This document shows, piece after piece, positions 1-13,855 of a DNA stretch of 64,000 nt (positions are counted from its first letter, which is position 1; each line of letters opens with the position of its first letter). The notes under the pieces were generated by a model. It saw only the letters and a list, made by a program, of their open reading frames with translations, did no database searches and was not told the DNA's origin. The position numbers were made by a program, and so were the translations under genes. The stretch lies in contig CM039010.1 of NCBI GenBank assembly GCA_017499595.2, forward strand, positions 2,046,001 through 2,110,000, read 5' to 3'. The stretch is from Psilocybe cubensis. Its lineage: Eukaryota.

Positions 1-413
1 GTACGACTGGCCCAGCAATTACCGCCGAAGATAACGCGCATACATGTGCCAGATGAAAAGCGTTGCACATAATGGAAGGCACAGTGATGTTGGATGGTTG
101 TTCCTTTCCCTTGCTCTTCACCCTCTCGATTTGACGATGATGGCAAGGTGATTCTCGATCGGAGCAGCCACATTGTGGCCCGTGGATCCTTCAGAGATTC
201 CATGACCTAGCTTTGCCTCTGATCTACTGACTCTTTTTGGCAGCGAACTGAACTTCACAGTAAAGGCCATCGTGACGCCCTTCATACATTTCCTTGCATG
301 TTGTAATAGAATCTTGTCCGTAAATTCAATCTGCACGTAACAAGGAACGCTGATAACTAGATGGTCACAACAACGTCAAGATCTTTACTTCATTATCCTT
401 ACTATACATGAAA

Positions 414-3400
414 TTAAACAATACGTCCGCCCTCAGCATTAGCTATCAACATCTGCACCTGTTGGCCATATCTAGCGGTCAACTTCTCGAGCTCTTGGTT
501 CAGATACTGAAGGGGGTTGGTCACATAAGCCACTGGATCAAACTTCCTGCCAGTATCCGAAGCAGCAAGGCGTGAATAGGCGGCCTGGTAGCCAGCGTTT
601 TGCTCCTCAAAGTCAATCGCAGTGACAGCTCCGTCATCAGCGCCATCCGGTTTAGTCTCCAGGTGCTGACGTTCACTGAACAATTTTCCGAGGGCAGAGT
701 ACAAGCCAGACCTGATAAGGTTGTCATAAGTCGAGTTTCAGGCTAAAGATGCACATGCCTTACCATGTGCGGATTGATGGCTCTTGGAGCATAAAGGTGC
801 TTTCGCAAAGAATTCGAGTGATTCCGACTGCAGCCAATTTCCGCTCTTTATGGGGGAATTTGGGGGCATGAGGAATTATGAAAGTCGTCACAATCTGAGA
901 CCAGAGGCTGAGGAAATATTAATGTCAATTTTCGTTCATCCAAGGTGGATCGGCCAATAACGTACTTTGGTTGGATCTCTTCAATGACTTTTATGAAGTA
1001 GTCGGGTTCAAGTTCATCTACTTTGACCGCCATAATGTAGAGAATGAACTTGGCCATCAAATACGAGAACGAGTCATTTTTGTTTGCGTGCAGGCGAGTG
1101 AGTAGGCATAGGAAGATCGGCCTCATGTATTGCTGCAGCCAGACCCTACAAGATAGTCAGCATGGTCCGATCCATGAAACAATCGAAGCAATACATACGG
1201 TTTGATATTTACGACTACCGCTTGAAGAAGCTCAATACCCCATACATCGTTTGTTTTGGAAGGAATCAAACGTTGCTGCACGACACCCAGAAGGCCAACG
1301 AGCTGGCCTGTCTGGTACAAGTTGTCTCCATCCTGTTCGAGGAATGCGACCAGCAGGCGGACGAGACCGGGAATGCTGCCCTTTTGTGACCATACCTCGA
1401 CTTTTAGTAGGAATGGGACGAGACTTCGGTAGGCCACTGGGATCTGGCTGCCACGGTGCAGCTCTAGCATTTGAGCAAGAACTTGGAATACATAAGGAAC
1501 GTATTCTGTTGAATTAAAGGAATAAATGAGATGAATAAATTGGGGACTAAAAATAAACTCCGTACGATCAATGTCTTGCTCGATGATGATGATGAAGGGG
1601 CCAAACAAGGATTGCTCAAAGTTCAGCAATGACTCCCGCGATCCAGCAACGACGAATCTGGAGGCGAACCTTTACAAAGAGGCTGAGTTCGTGAATAACA
1701 ATTAGACCAACCTCATGAGACCCGATATGCTCTCAAAGATATATTGATCAAAGTAAGGATTGCTGGGATTTTTGGATATAACGCCCAAGATAGCGACCAG
1801 ACGAGCAAGAATACCCTCATGTCCTGGAATTAAGGTTTGTCTCGCTGTCACAATTATCCGCATGACACCTTTACAAACAAGATCAGTTTAGTTACACGAA
1901 GACATTGAGTTCCTATACACACATTTCATCAAATGATCGTTCTCCGCCACCTTTTCGGCTGTACGGGCGGCTTCAATCTTCGATAGCAGAGCATTGATCA
2001 TTTCGAGAGCGGAATCGTGAATGTCAGCCTGTGCGAACCTATCCCAAAAGCGTTGGCATTCAGTGGGAGGAGATTGAAGTAAACTATAACAAACGCACAA
2101 GATCTGATTTCCTTGCTTGATGGACAAAACTCGGTCGATTGTAATTGCTGCATAGGTGTAGGTGACGTAGTTTTCTGAGCCCAGGTGGCGAGCAAGGAGA
2201 GGCAGGACGGAAAGGAGTTGGGGTTTTGTCAGCTGTAGGATCCCATCAGTTGTCTGCCCTGCGGTGTATATTTTGGATCTGGTACCTGATTCCGGAAAGT
2301 GTGCAAGAACCGAATAGCATCAACCTGTAATATGGGGTGTACCGTTCCAGATGCAGCTTGAAGGTCTTCGAATACATGGTCAGAGAAAAATTTGACAACA
2401 TCCACTAGAGCGTTGGTTGATGTCACTCCATGCTGGTTACAGACAAATTAAAGCGCGTCACTCGATTTCATGGCGTAAGGAAACTTACCTGGCTAGTTGA
2501 TCCCCGTGTAGCGACGGCTGTCAGCAAGTAGATAGCGCTATCCTTGGCCTTCCAATTTTCCTCTTTGTTTGATGCATATTCAGATAAACCAGTGTTTATA
2601 AACGAACCCACGATGTCCGTCGCTTCCGTCTCGTATCCGCTGCCGACCAATGCTTGAAGTACGTCGGCAGCGGCCTGTCGACGTGTAGCGAGGTCGGTCC
2701 CGGTTGCCGAAACGGCGAGGTCGAGGCGAATGAATTCAAGAGGGTCGTCCTCGAATTGTTCGACGTCGTGTTCTCGAAGTGCAACATTTGGGACAACGAC
2801 ACCCTGGACAAGAGAATGAATGGTGTCTCGAGCAGAAAATAGAGTCTTGTAATAGCCAGAGCGAATGGCAGTGGAAAGGAATCTCAATGATTGGGACACT
2901 AACTATAATTGTCCAAGGAACTCAGTTAACTTTACGTTTATCAAACCAAAAGATATAGACGCACCGCATCATCTGCCACACCTGGTAACTTATTCGAGCC
3001 CACTAGTGTCCATACACCTTGTACCAAATTCTCCACGGAGGACGTCTTTTGCAGCTGCTCTGGGTATAATTTGATGAAGAGCTATTTTAAAGGAATGAGG
3101 CCCCTCATAAGGAAGTGTGAAAGAGAAAAAAAACATTCTTGTGCTTACTTCGGCGATTTCCAAAATCCCTGTTTTGATTTGAGATGTTAGAGAGGCAGTA
3201 GTGTCATCTGACTTTACGAAAGAAGTTAAAGAAAGGAGGAGAGGATAGATAACTGAAAAGAAAACATACGTCACCCCTCAATTCCACAGGATCCCAGAGT
3301 AAAAAGTTCTGGAACCAGCCTGTTCCAGGACCAAAGAACTCTTCGTGAGTATCTTCAATAGCGGGTGGAAGGTCTTGACATGTGAAATCATAGTAAATAT

Positions 3401-4162
3401 CGATCAAAAGAACCATAGCTTGCGCCAATACTTCGTAGTTGGATTTCGGGCTTGTCAGAGCTGGATTTGGACTAGGATTGGATAAGAGAAGCGACGCAGT
3501 TTGCCTGAAAAGCTGCAGGAAAGGTTCCATAAACTTGGATAGAACGAAGTTGATTTCCGTGAACAATTCGTCTGATCTGACATGGGCTCTCCAGGGCTGA
3601 AAGATAGAGTGTGCAGTCTGAAGGACGCCGACATTTACATTGTAGTCGGTTGCTGAAAGAGACGACACGAGTTGCTGAAAGAAATGAGATTATTTATCAA
3701 CGATTCTGGATTCAATTCGAATTGACGTACGTCGATTAAGTTTTCCCATTTGACTGGAAAATCTAGCTCGGCGATCAAAGAGACAGATTCTGCAACCTGG
3801 GCACGTATTGCTTTATCGGCAGGAGCAGACAGCGCCAGCATAGCTGGTACCAGTTCTGCTCGCAAAGCTGTCTTATCTTGTTCGGCCAATGGCTGCACAT
3901 CCTAGATCGATCAGGTGGCATGAGGACTATGGTGGCATGAGTTGTAAGATCAACGTACCTCCTCCCATCTAAGTTTGGTGATATTTTTGAGGTAGATACT
4001 CCCAGACAGTCTTACAGCACGATCCTTTGTAATATCCAGCACCAAACTGAGAAGATGGGTCAGGAATCCTTGTTGAGTGCTCAAAGACGCGAGGCTTTGT
4101 TCTGCTTGCTTTCGAGTATCGGGATTAAGAGATGCGAGTAGGAGGGTCGAGATATCGGCCAT
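414..4162 (-). CDS. CSE1: Importin-alpha re-exporter (exportin-2/CAS), multi-exon
   Basis: Starts MADISTLLLASLNPDTRKQAEQSL (importin-beta N-terminal domain). Internal exons carry FEDDPLEFIRLDL, WKAKDSAIYLLTAVA, HPILQVDAIRFLHTFRNQ, ENDHLMK and EYVPYVFQVLAQMLE; C-terminal YQAAYSRL. Exons are separated by short GT-AG introns. Confidence 0.95.
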
Positions 4163-4466
4163 AGTAGCAAGTTATGGAGTTGTATACAGTGTGCGCGTGA
4201 ATATGTAGAGTATCGTGAAGTCGTTAGGATGAATGCAAAGAAAGAGCCTTGATTTTTTACGAAACAGATTTCTTCGTATCTTTCGACGCGCCTAAGGAAC
4301 AGTCACGTGATCCATCCAACCAACCTGGTCGCGCGCGCCAGCGTTTCAGGTTTTCAACTTGCAACCATTTTATTCATTGACCACTCACACTTCTACTTAC
4401 CGCCGTCCATCCTATGACAGACTCGCCGGAAAATCTTTTAATCTCTGCCAACTTCCTCCTTTCAAT

Positions 4467-4727
4467 ATGGCCATTCAGAGTTTGGTTTATCCAAATGGGG
4501 TGCACGCAAGCTCACAGTCAACCTTGGCCGTCAGAAAATGTCAATTCTCTTCATTCCAGCATTCGCCTCTCGTTCCTTACAATATGCCTCCTAACTGCTC
4601 TACCCATGGTCTCTTTTACCACTCGCTTGACTTATCAGCCCCGCCCAGAGTCATTTCATATGTATCAGTCAGTCCCGGCAATGATTCCAGTGGCAGCCCA
4701 AATACAGGGTCTAGGACTGTGCACTAG
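4467..4727 (+). CDS. Possible small hypothetical protein (86 aa) divergent from CSE1
   Basis: ATG in good context (caatATGG) about 300 bp from the CSE1 start, after a CT-rich leader. No recognisable motif, and overlapping ORFs exist in other frames. Confidence 0.2.
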   Translation: MAIQSLVYPNGVHASSQSTLAVRKCQFSSFQHSPLVPYNMPPNCSTHGLFYHSLDLSAPPRVISYVSVSPGNDSSGSPNTGSRTVH

Positions 4728-5821
4728 TTGTCTTCGACTCTTCGCTTCTTTGTGTTTTCTCGCATCAATACCACCTTACCCATGCTACTTCGCTTTCAAG
4801 GTCGACAGATTGTGTGGTGTCATGTGTTTTTATCTAATTCGGTTGCCACCCCCCGCCCATGGGACGCATCTGGACGCGTCAGAATATCTTGCGGAAAAGT
4901 GGCTACTCCACCGTCTTATACAAGGATGTGATTTCTTTTTTACGACAAGAACCGCTGTCAGTTGGCATGTGGAGTACTCCTCATTTTTAACCTTAACAGA
5001 CAACTTGGCGGCTGTGACCTACCAACTTTGAACCAAGAGCTACCTTTCCTGTCTGCCTCTGCTCTGATTATAGAGTGATTATTTATGCCTCTTTGTCCTT
5101 ACACAGCTCTGTTCCATGATTTATTGTGCCTTCCCAATTTAAATCTCGAATTGCGCTAAGCCGACTAGTTGGAGATACACCTGATCGGAACCGCAAAAGA
5201 AAATAGCATCACACCGAAACATCCGTGGGTTGTCGGAAATACAATGCCAATTCCCCAGCCCAAAGCACAATAATGAGATCCAAAGATCTTTGTTTGAGTT
5301 GGGATAGGTGTCTTGTCACTGTCATTGGGCCTGCTTTCGGAATGTGTCGTCGTGGACATCTTGTGCAAAGGTGTTCCGCAGTTCTTTTGTGTGTCGTATA
5401 ACACCGCCATCAGTTTTCCATTCACAACATGGTGGTCCTTGTTGTCAAATTATCGCCTTGTGCAACAAGTGAAGCCACAAAAGCACTCCTCGACCCGGGG
5501 TATCTTTCCCTACCTTCGGCGTTGGCATTCGATGGATAATCCAACGTCCAAAACTAAGGATAAAGGGGCAATAGATGTAAGTTATATCATTGATAAATCT
5601 ACAGACACTTATAAAGCTTTACATATAATAGACATACAGATATCAAAACACTAGGTTATCCGCAACAGTTATAGCGTGAAAGAAGAAAAGCAGGAGTGGT
5701 GATGCACAGATTAGAATTGGGTCTTGGGCCGAGATTGGAATCAATCCTGTTTCAGCGAGGACCTTAGTTTGAAGTTCGAAGGTCTTGGTCCCTTCAGCGC
5801 TACGTGCGCAGCACGTATCAT

Positions 5822-6185
5822 TCACGCCTTTCGACAAAAGCTGCATTGCGTCGGGGATGTGCCTGTTACGACTGTTTTCGCTGGTTTCAACCTACCGGCG
5901 ATGCAGAAAGATCCGTAAGCATTCAGTCAATGGGCCTTCAAACACGAATCCTCTTACCACTGGTTACAGGTTTGGGGACAGGTCTTTGGAGAGCATGAGG
6001 GGTTGTGGCGTTGGCTGTAGCGGCAAGCAGAGGATCCGCAATCGACCTATGGTTTATAAAGGATCAAATTGAGACTCCGTCATACAACATGATCTTGGAA
6101 CCGAGATGAGGCGTACCCGACTGTCAGATTGGGGGTTATCATGGCCACAAGTATACCGGATGCAGTGGACTTCTCGGCAGCACAT
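5822..6185 (-). CDS. Small Cys/His-rich protein, 75 aa, three exons (6185-6117, 6046-5958, 5891-5822)
   Basis: Splicing two GT-AG introns (70 and 66 nt) gives MCCREVHCIRYTCGHDNPQSDSRVDCGSSACRYSQRHNPSCSPKTCPQTCNQWLKPAKTVVTGTSPTQCSFCRKA*. TATA-like TATTTAAAAA on the minus strand at 6371-6380. Confidence 0.8.
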
Positions 6186-7462
6186 TTCGGTATAGTAGAA
6201 AACAGATGGTTCAAGTGTCTGCTAGATATACAAGTCAAAGTGAGTTATATTTCTTTTTCAAATGAAATCGGTTGTGTTTGCTTACTGCTTTTCACAGGTA
6301 AGTCTCCAAGACTGTGAAGTTGAGAGTGTGAAGTGGGTTTGGATTGTGGCAGACTCTGGAACTCCGTCACTTTTTAAATATGATTGAATGGTGTAATTGG
6401 TAAGATACACAGCAAAGGGTCGGGACACCAGATACCTTCCAAGTCCAGAAAGAGAATAGCAAAAATCGATCGCGCTAATTTTTTCGAGATCTGAATGGTG
6501 GAATGAACGAACGACAGATATAACCGAGGGACAAAGAATTGAGGTTAAATTACTTTTTCTAGTTACTTATCATAATGAGATGGCATCGCTTCCAGGGTTT
6601 GTCTCCCTGTGCCGGGGGGAATATAATTCAATCAAGTAGATGTCATCCAAGATTACCATTTGGAAAGCCGCATTCTTTACCAAGAAAAATATTTTGACTC
6701 AGTAACCTCTGTCTTCCATCGGCTGCAATTTGACAAATGTCGCTAGAGCGTCCTATGTCGAACCTCCCGCCAATTCAAAAATAGATCCAGACTGGTAGCC
6801 TCATGACGGGAAACGAGTAAGGTCAAAATTCGAGTCATTCATTTCTTAGGCCGACTAAGGAGGACTGAAATAGATAGTATGCACTTGTGGGTGTCCCGAT
6901 CAGAACGTGCACCATTCATCGGAACCATATGTTTTACGGCAATGACCTCACTTCCACTACGATAGATGGCTGTACCGACGGCCACATTCACTCCTATTAA
7001 TTTTCGAGAAAGATCGTTTAACGTTTTAACCTTCGGGGACATTATTTGCGAACCATTATGGATGTGATAATATGACCCTCGTGTATGTCAATGTCGTGTC
7101 CGAATTACGATCAATACAAGATCTAGGGACTAGGTGATAACATACATACAACATATACAGGAGCTAGAAGACAAACGGAACACGCAGTGATCCCAATCAC
7201 AAGGCATCACATCGCATTTTCAATGTCAGCAAACCCTTTTTTAATCCCGGAATGTAGGTGAGCGGATGACAGAATACGTCAAGGAAAATCATGGACCGGG
7301 GGTGAAAGCAGGGCAGTGCGGCCATTAGTCACGATGTCGAGACTTCCGAACCCGACTGACCATCGGCGCGTACGTATATTGTGATCCGTTGGAGTATTTG
7401 CAGAAGAAGTGTGTTCTTTGGCGATGCGTCATTCTCAGTAGTACAATCAACCACCCGCCTCA

Positions 7463-8510
7463 TCAAGACGATTTTTGACGCCAAAAATCATGGATTAACC
7501 ATTTTTCGTCAAGTTTGACGGGGTGAATGAATCTCCCGGCAGCATTCGGCAAGTCTGTGGCTTTGAGGTACCAGAGTTCGGAGATGCCTACAGAGTGCAG
7601 GTACTCGGGAAGGCGGTGGTAGTTCAGTCCGACAGCGTGCGGCCCATGACTATCATCAGACAGTGCAAAGCGCCCTGCATGGCTGCGGATTATCTGCCAA
7701 GGATGGATGTATTAATCAACTTTATCCATATGAAGGCTCAGCCGACTACTCGCCTCCACAATATCTTCCCCAGGATAGGCGGTATGCCAGTTCTTCCTGA
7801 AGGCCGCTGCATTGATTTCGAATAGCGCACCATATTCCACGGCAAAACGAATATTCCGCTCAATCTTTTCGGTGACGCGTGGATAATCAATAAATCGAAG
7901 TGTTGGAGTGTAAAGACGGCATAAATCGAAATGTCCAACAATTTCGGGCTTGAAGCGCTGTAGTAGTTCGTACTGTGCATCGAAATAGGCTAAGAGGAGT
8001 GCTTCTTGACGGTCTTCCTCTGCACAGTCCGTAAAACTCGTAAGTGCGCGCTGATAGGTAGGATAGTCGAAGTCGATCGGGAATCCGTTGACGTGATGAA
8101 TGGACCCAACGAGGTATTCCACACGGTTCCCCAGATTTTTCAATAGAGTTTCCAGATTCCTAAGGTCCAAATCTGTGATATACTCTGTCTCTAAACCCAC
8201 TAACAGGGTGAGTTTGGATGCGTATAATGATTTCAGACGATGCGCTTCTTCCAAGAAATCGTTGAACTGATTGGATAACGTCTCAAGTGACACATCTTTC
8301 TTAGAGATTGTGAGTGATCTTGGACGCCCAAGACAAAGAATAAGCGATCACCTCTTCAGGATACAAGTCAACATCCCGATATCGAGGAACATGTTCGGTC
8401 AGGCCGTAAACTTCGAACCGTTGGCGAATGGCTTCTTGAACGACATCTTCTAGTAAACCCGAGGCGTGCTTGCAGAATTGGCCAGAGTGAGAATGATGGC
8501 TGTATGGCAT
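7463..8510 (-). CDS. HIS2: Histidinol-phosphate phosphatase, PHP family, three exons
   Basis: Motifs HHSHSGQFC, GLTEHVPR, LVGLETE, YLVGSIHHV, VGHFDL, FEINAA, and last-exon FALSDDSHG. Second intron 7694-7753 is GC-AG. Confidence 0.93.
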
Positions 8511-8895
8511 CTTAATTTGAGTGCAGAAGTTGAGAATTCAAGGGTCCGAGGAGGGGTCCGACGGCGTTGACGGTGTTTGTGAAAGGACAGCAATCATCTG
8601 TTCGCGTGAATCAAGCGGGGCTTGAAAATAAGTTCCCACACATCTTATCTACCCCTTAAATTATCTGATACGTATTTTGATACGCAAACATTATGGGCGT
8701 CTGCGACATGCGCAACAAAAGCTCGGCCAAAGGGAGGAGAGTAAAATTTTAGGCATATGTACTATGATACATTTTTCTTGTCAAGACATTTGTTTTACCG
8801 AGCTAAGAATCGAACAAGTCAATGCCAATGGCCAATCAGTCGTGTAGTTCCCCTAAGTAAAAATAAGGGCACAAAATAATCGCTGGAACTTTCCG

Positions 8896-10995
8896 TTAAA
8901 CCCAGCCTTTTCTAGCGCCTCCTCTTCCATGGAAAACAAAAATAAAGCGGGAGATAGCCATACCAGCTGCCCCGAATATTATAGTACACTTCAGGGCTAC
9001 TGTAAGCGAGAGCGCTGATTTTCAGGTAACATTGTAGTCCACGTACCCCGCAGAAAATAATAGATCTATGCCAAACCTGTTTCTCGCCATCTGTGTGAAG
9101 CAGACTGCCCTCAATGGGTGTCCCAATAAGGACAGATATGGCAACGATGGAGAACGCTGTCCCCATACGAGTCCTAGGCAACATGATATCGCTTAGAAGG
9201 CGAACATCGGACGGTCATTAATCAAATCTTTATGAATCTTACCCATGTTCTCCGGGATGTGTGCTGAGTTGTGCAAGTAGAGAAGGTATGAGCGAGACGT
9301 CTGAATGGATCAATTGAAGTTAATCCCATCATCATATGTCAAACTTTAGGTGCCTTACATGCGCCAGACCAGAACCCATAGAACAAGCCAAACAATATGA
9401 CTCCAGCAAAGTTTGATACGCCAAACAATACGAACACTAGCGCTGAAGCGACGACGAGCGATGGAAGAAGCATGTTGTAAACCCCCACCCTGTCAGCCAG
9501 CAAGCTCGGTAGCAGCCTCCCGAAAAAACTTCCAACATTCAGAATGGCGATCTGCAGAAAGTTTTGTCAGTATGACATAGGATATGAACAAAGTTTGAAA
9601 ACTTACGGAATAGAACGAAAGGTTTTTGCTGATACCAAGATCTATGGAGAATAACTGTAGATAGAAATCTTCACCGTCATTGAGTAGAATGCACGTAGAC
9701 ATAATGAGCATCCTCCGGACATACAGGGGAAAAAGATACCGATGTTTATGCAGAATGCCCTGTGATATCTTAGATGGCCACCAAAAAACACAAATTAAGA
9801 AAATGTCAACTCACGAAGCGACGGACACAAGGTACGCTGCATCTTTGAAAATAACCCCAAAATTGGGTGTTGTTCGCTCGGAGGTGTTAAAAATTGGCCT
9901 CGTTTTCATAAGAAAATATGATGCCACGAGCATTAACCCATTCAAAGCTGCAGTTGTTCGGATGGCATTGGCAAACGAGGTATGTTGGCTTAGTTGGTTC
10001 AGCAGGATGGGCCATACGATTCCTCCAATGGAAGAACCCTGCTCGAGTCGGTCATAGCATTCGCCGTTAATTGTGGACACTTATGGCCTGTATTAAGCAG
10101 GCAGCACCATGCTTACCGATACTGATATTCCGGTAGCCAACGCCCGGCGACGTTTAAAGTGGTGCCCAAGGATCGTCAAAGACGGAAGGAAAAGGAGCGA
10201 CTGCCCTATCCCCATTCCAAGCGCTTGTGCTAAAAATACCTAAACACCGTATGTTGTACGTAAACTTCGGACGAAGGTCATCGGGAGCCATTAACGTACA
10301 CACCTCGTAGTAATGATGCTGGCGTGCTAAAGATAGCATGCACATCGACAAAATTTGTAGTAACGTGCCTAGCTCAATCATGCGGTGACTGTCGGAGTGG
10401 ATCTATATGAGTGCCTCATTTCAAACATCGCGGAGAGTAATACGCCTACAAGTATCCCGCATCAAATGCTCGACCGACGAATATTCCGGCTGCATACTGC
10501 AGAAATAGTTGAGTGCTTCCAATCCAACTGTATGGCGGAATAAGCATTTGATTGCAAGTTTGAAAGCCAGCGCTCACCTAATCTCTGAAGGAGTGTTTTG
10601 GGACAGGAAATTTCTACTATAGTAATCCTGGTAGACCCCGAAGGCTGAGACGTAGCTTGAGAAGAGATGAAGCCTATGTTGACATCCGAATTGGCCTGGT
10701 ACATACCCATAGGTACAAAACTGTATCATCCACCTGTGAGTAAAATTGTCATTAGAGTTGGCGTCGTGCCTCAAATCTTATCATGCAGCTGCAAAGATAC
10801 CTACGCTCCGCACACCGTCATCCATGCATCCTTCCCCGTGTCAAAAATGGGCTCCACGTCCCTCGAATCGTTTTCCACTGTTTCAAATTCGTTCGGTGGA
10901 ATGTTTTGCGACGTTATTTTTTCCGATTGCAGTGGCTGAGACGCAGCGCTGGCTGCAGTGCCTTGGACCGTTGACGACGCGCTACCGTCAGACAT
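8896..10995 (-). CDS. MFS transporter, monocarboxylate-porter (MCH-like) family, many exons
   Basis: DTGKDAWMTVCGA, WMIQFCTYG, GSSIGGIVWPILLNQL, RMGTAFSIVAISVLIGTPIEGSLL; ends GGARKGWV*. Confidence 0.88.
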
Positions 10996-13801
10996 AATGA
11001 CGTCTTTTGAAGGCTGGAAAAACGGGAGCGTGATCTGGGTGAAGTGAAGTCTTGCAGGGGTATATATCTATATATCTTATATAGCAAAGGCATCGGGCAA
11101 TCCGAAGCAGAAGTTAGCGGAATCGATGCAATCGGCAACTTGACTATTACCTCCTCGTGTATCTCTGATATTTGATTAAGCTCACATACATTAGAGTTGA
11201 ACAACCAGTTCCGTTGCTCGCCGTTTTCTATGAGAACATGCCGCGAGAACATGCCGCGTTCAGCCGGGCAGGAAACCTCCAGCAGCGGTGAATTTTACTA
11301 GTGGTCTACGCTCGACAATACCCCTTCAGTAGAAGGTATATTATCCGGATGTGTAAGGTACATTCCCAGAACAGCATTATTGGCATTCAAAGGAAACAGT
11401 ATTTCTATGGAACCGCCGGATGTGGAAAGAAGTTTAAAGCTGTCATGTTGACATTTCTTCTTCTTCACTCGCTGATAGTATTTGGCAGTCAAACTTTCTG
11501 GACTCTGAATACACGTAGATGCAGATACAGTTGTCAATGCCATGGTATGGTCCAGTTCATGGAACTTAAGGGGAGGTAATCGAGGTTGAAAAAATGATTT
11601 TTTATATACCAGCCCAGCCTCCAAACGACTCGAAGAATTCGGGGACCTATTTGGTGAGAAAGGGGGTTTTCTGCTGTTTTCACAATCGTAGGTTATGCAA
11701 GTATTTGTCAAATAGATTCTTAAAAAATAATTCTTGCGAAAAAGAGGCATTGTAGTGAGAACCTACCTATCTTGCTTGATCTTGAAATGCTTGAGAAAAG
11801 TGCTTCTTTGATACAGGGAATCGTCTTCACTAATGCTTAAAGCTTTCCGCTGTGGTGTATACATATTAAGACACGCACAATCATAACCTCCAGGTGAAAG
11901 ATTATAGACAACAACGTAAAAGCATCGAGGTGACCCGTTTCCTACGTCGAACGCACCAAGATATGCAAGACGTCCGCTCGTACGCTCATTATATGGGATG
12001 AGTGTGACGAGGGTGTCCAAGATAGGAGCCAGCAGACTGCCATAAGTAAACGAGAAGGGGGTCGAAGTTCCTTATTTGCATCGCAACTGGTGAATCAACC
12101 ATCCTGAGCGGAACGAGAAGCACGTATGTACATACCTCGCACATTCGGAAAATCTTGAAGGTTCGAAGTCGGATTAAGCTGGAAGGCTGTCTTTGATCGA
12201 TGTACTCCCATTTGGGCCGTTCTCAGGAGGAAAGAGTAATGTAGTTATTTCTTGCAATCCGTCCAGACCTCCCAGACGTCTCAGTCAAAAAGCGATCCTG
12301 TAGCAAGTGTACGCATGGAAGCCTGTTGGGTGTGTCCACTGAACGGCCTACATGCCAGCTTTACAAATCAAAATGTGGCGTGGCGACAGGAACTTTGGAG
12401 CACGGACAGTGTCCACCAATAGACAACGAGGCCGCCACCTTCTGAAAGTAGTGTGATCGATCATTGTGACAGTGTAGGCCTTTACTTACCGAAAGTAGTT
12501 GAATTGTCGGTATCTCCGTGGCCACTGGTGAGACTCGACCCATCTTGAAGGCCCAGCGTATGCTGGGCTGATACGATCCTTTAGTTAGGAATGAAAACCA
12601 TGGAGTACATTCTGAACTGTTTGGTACTTGACGCCGCTATTGAAGATGTAGAACAAATCATTGTCAGAGTTATCCCGTGGAGCTAAATCGAAAGGTTTGT
12701 TCGGACAGGGAAAGGCCTTTCGGAAAGCAGAAACCGACTCGGCTATTGCCGCAAGCAATTCCGTCCAAATGCCTCTAAACTTTCCCTAGTGAGTGGACAT
12801 GCAACCATATAAAATAATACGGAAGTAACTTTATATCATTCAACAACCGCTTTTCTCCAAGAAAAAATCTTCGTGAATCTTACCCTTCAACTACTCGAGT
12901 AAAGGGGAGATGGTCGCTTCATTTTCTGAACTCGCCGCTTAGGTACAATGGATTAAAATCTACCACCTGATAGGGACATATGAAGGTCCTACTGACATCC
13001 TTATTGCAGCACCTAGGCCCAGTCGCGGCGCGTCAACTGTCCACAAATTTGAGTTCCGAATTGATGAAGAAGGGTGGTTGTTTTGGTCTTCTGACAAGCC
13101 AGTTTCAATGATTGAGCATCATGGCTTAGAATAGGATCGATCTCGGTGTTCATGAGTGATTCGTCCTATATATTCATTGACTTTCATTGGGGTAATTTGG
13201 GATAATATGCCGCTAATTTTGGATGATAAAGGACTTGGCGTTTCGTAGCCAAGACCCTGTTCTAAATTTAGATTTTCTTGAAAACCTCGTACAGCAAGCG
13301 TAGTGAGTTCAAGATAATAAGCTAAGGTAGATGTATGTATAACGTACTCATGATTATATCTAGCAGACAATTTTTTTAAAAAAACCCCCCGTTATTCAAG
13401 GTTTATTCCTACAATATTAAGAATAATGGCCATTCTAGAGTGCCATGCAAACAAACGCCGTTTGTCATGTAAAAGAGATTAGCCATGGGTGAACTCGAGT
13501 AGAATCTTTTTATAGCCTCAGGAAGAGGTCGAAGAATCTTCTGAATAGACATAGACAACGTGCTCAATATATTTCTGAATCCACGCTTGTTTCTCGATGC
13601 CCGTGACTCTGACAGACTGTCAGGTGGGATAGATTTGAATTGAAGATTTAAAGCGCCAAGAACATCATCTCGACACTGGCACAACGCTGCTATTCCGAGG
13701 TGCATCCCAAACAACCTTTTCACATTGAAGACACAGAGGTCGCATAGAAATTTTTTTTCGAGGTTTTGCAATATTTTCGGAATTTTCAGAGATGCGACGG
13801 G

Positions 13802-13808
13802 TATAAAA
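13802..13808 (+). promoter_or_regulatory. TATA box of the GH7 gene
   Basis: TATAAAA 54 bp upstream of the GH7 ATG at 13856. Confidence 0.6.
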
Positions 13809-13855
13809 CTTGTGGAAAGCTCTCTGGATTTGAGCAACAAAACGAAAGACTCGCA

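Noticed and set aside
4414..5031. 205-aa ORF or a structured ncRNA next to CSE1
   Set aside because: No recognisable protein motif and no snRNA, RNase P/MRP or telomerase template motif that I could identify.
6839..7042. 67-aa ORF downstream of HIS2
   Set aside because: Could not be extended into a consistent spliced model; no motif.
11254..11267. CCG-N8-CGG motif of the kind bound by Zn2Cys6 cellulase regulators
   Set aside because: Single 6-base-specified match 2.6 kb from the GH7 start; plausible by chance in a region this long.
13766..13855. N-terminal extension of GH7 in the ORF track
   Set aside because: It begins at a non-ATG codon upstream of the TATA box; the ATG at 13856 directly starts the signal peptide.
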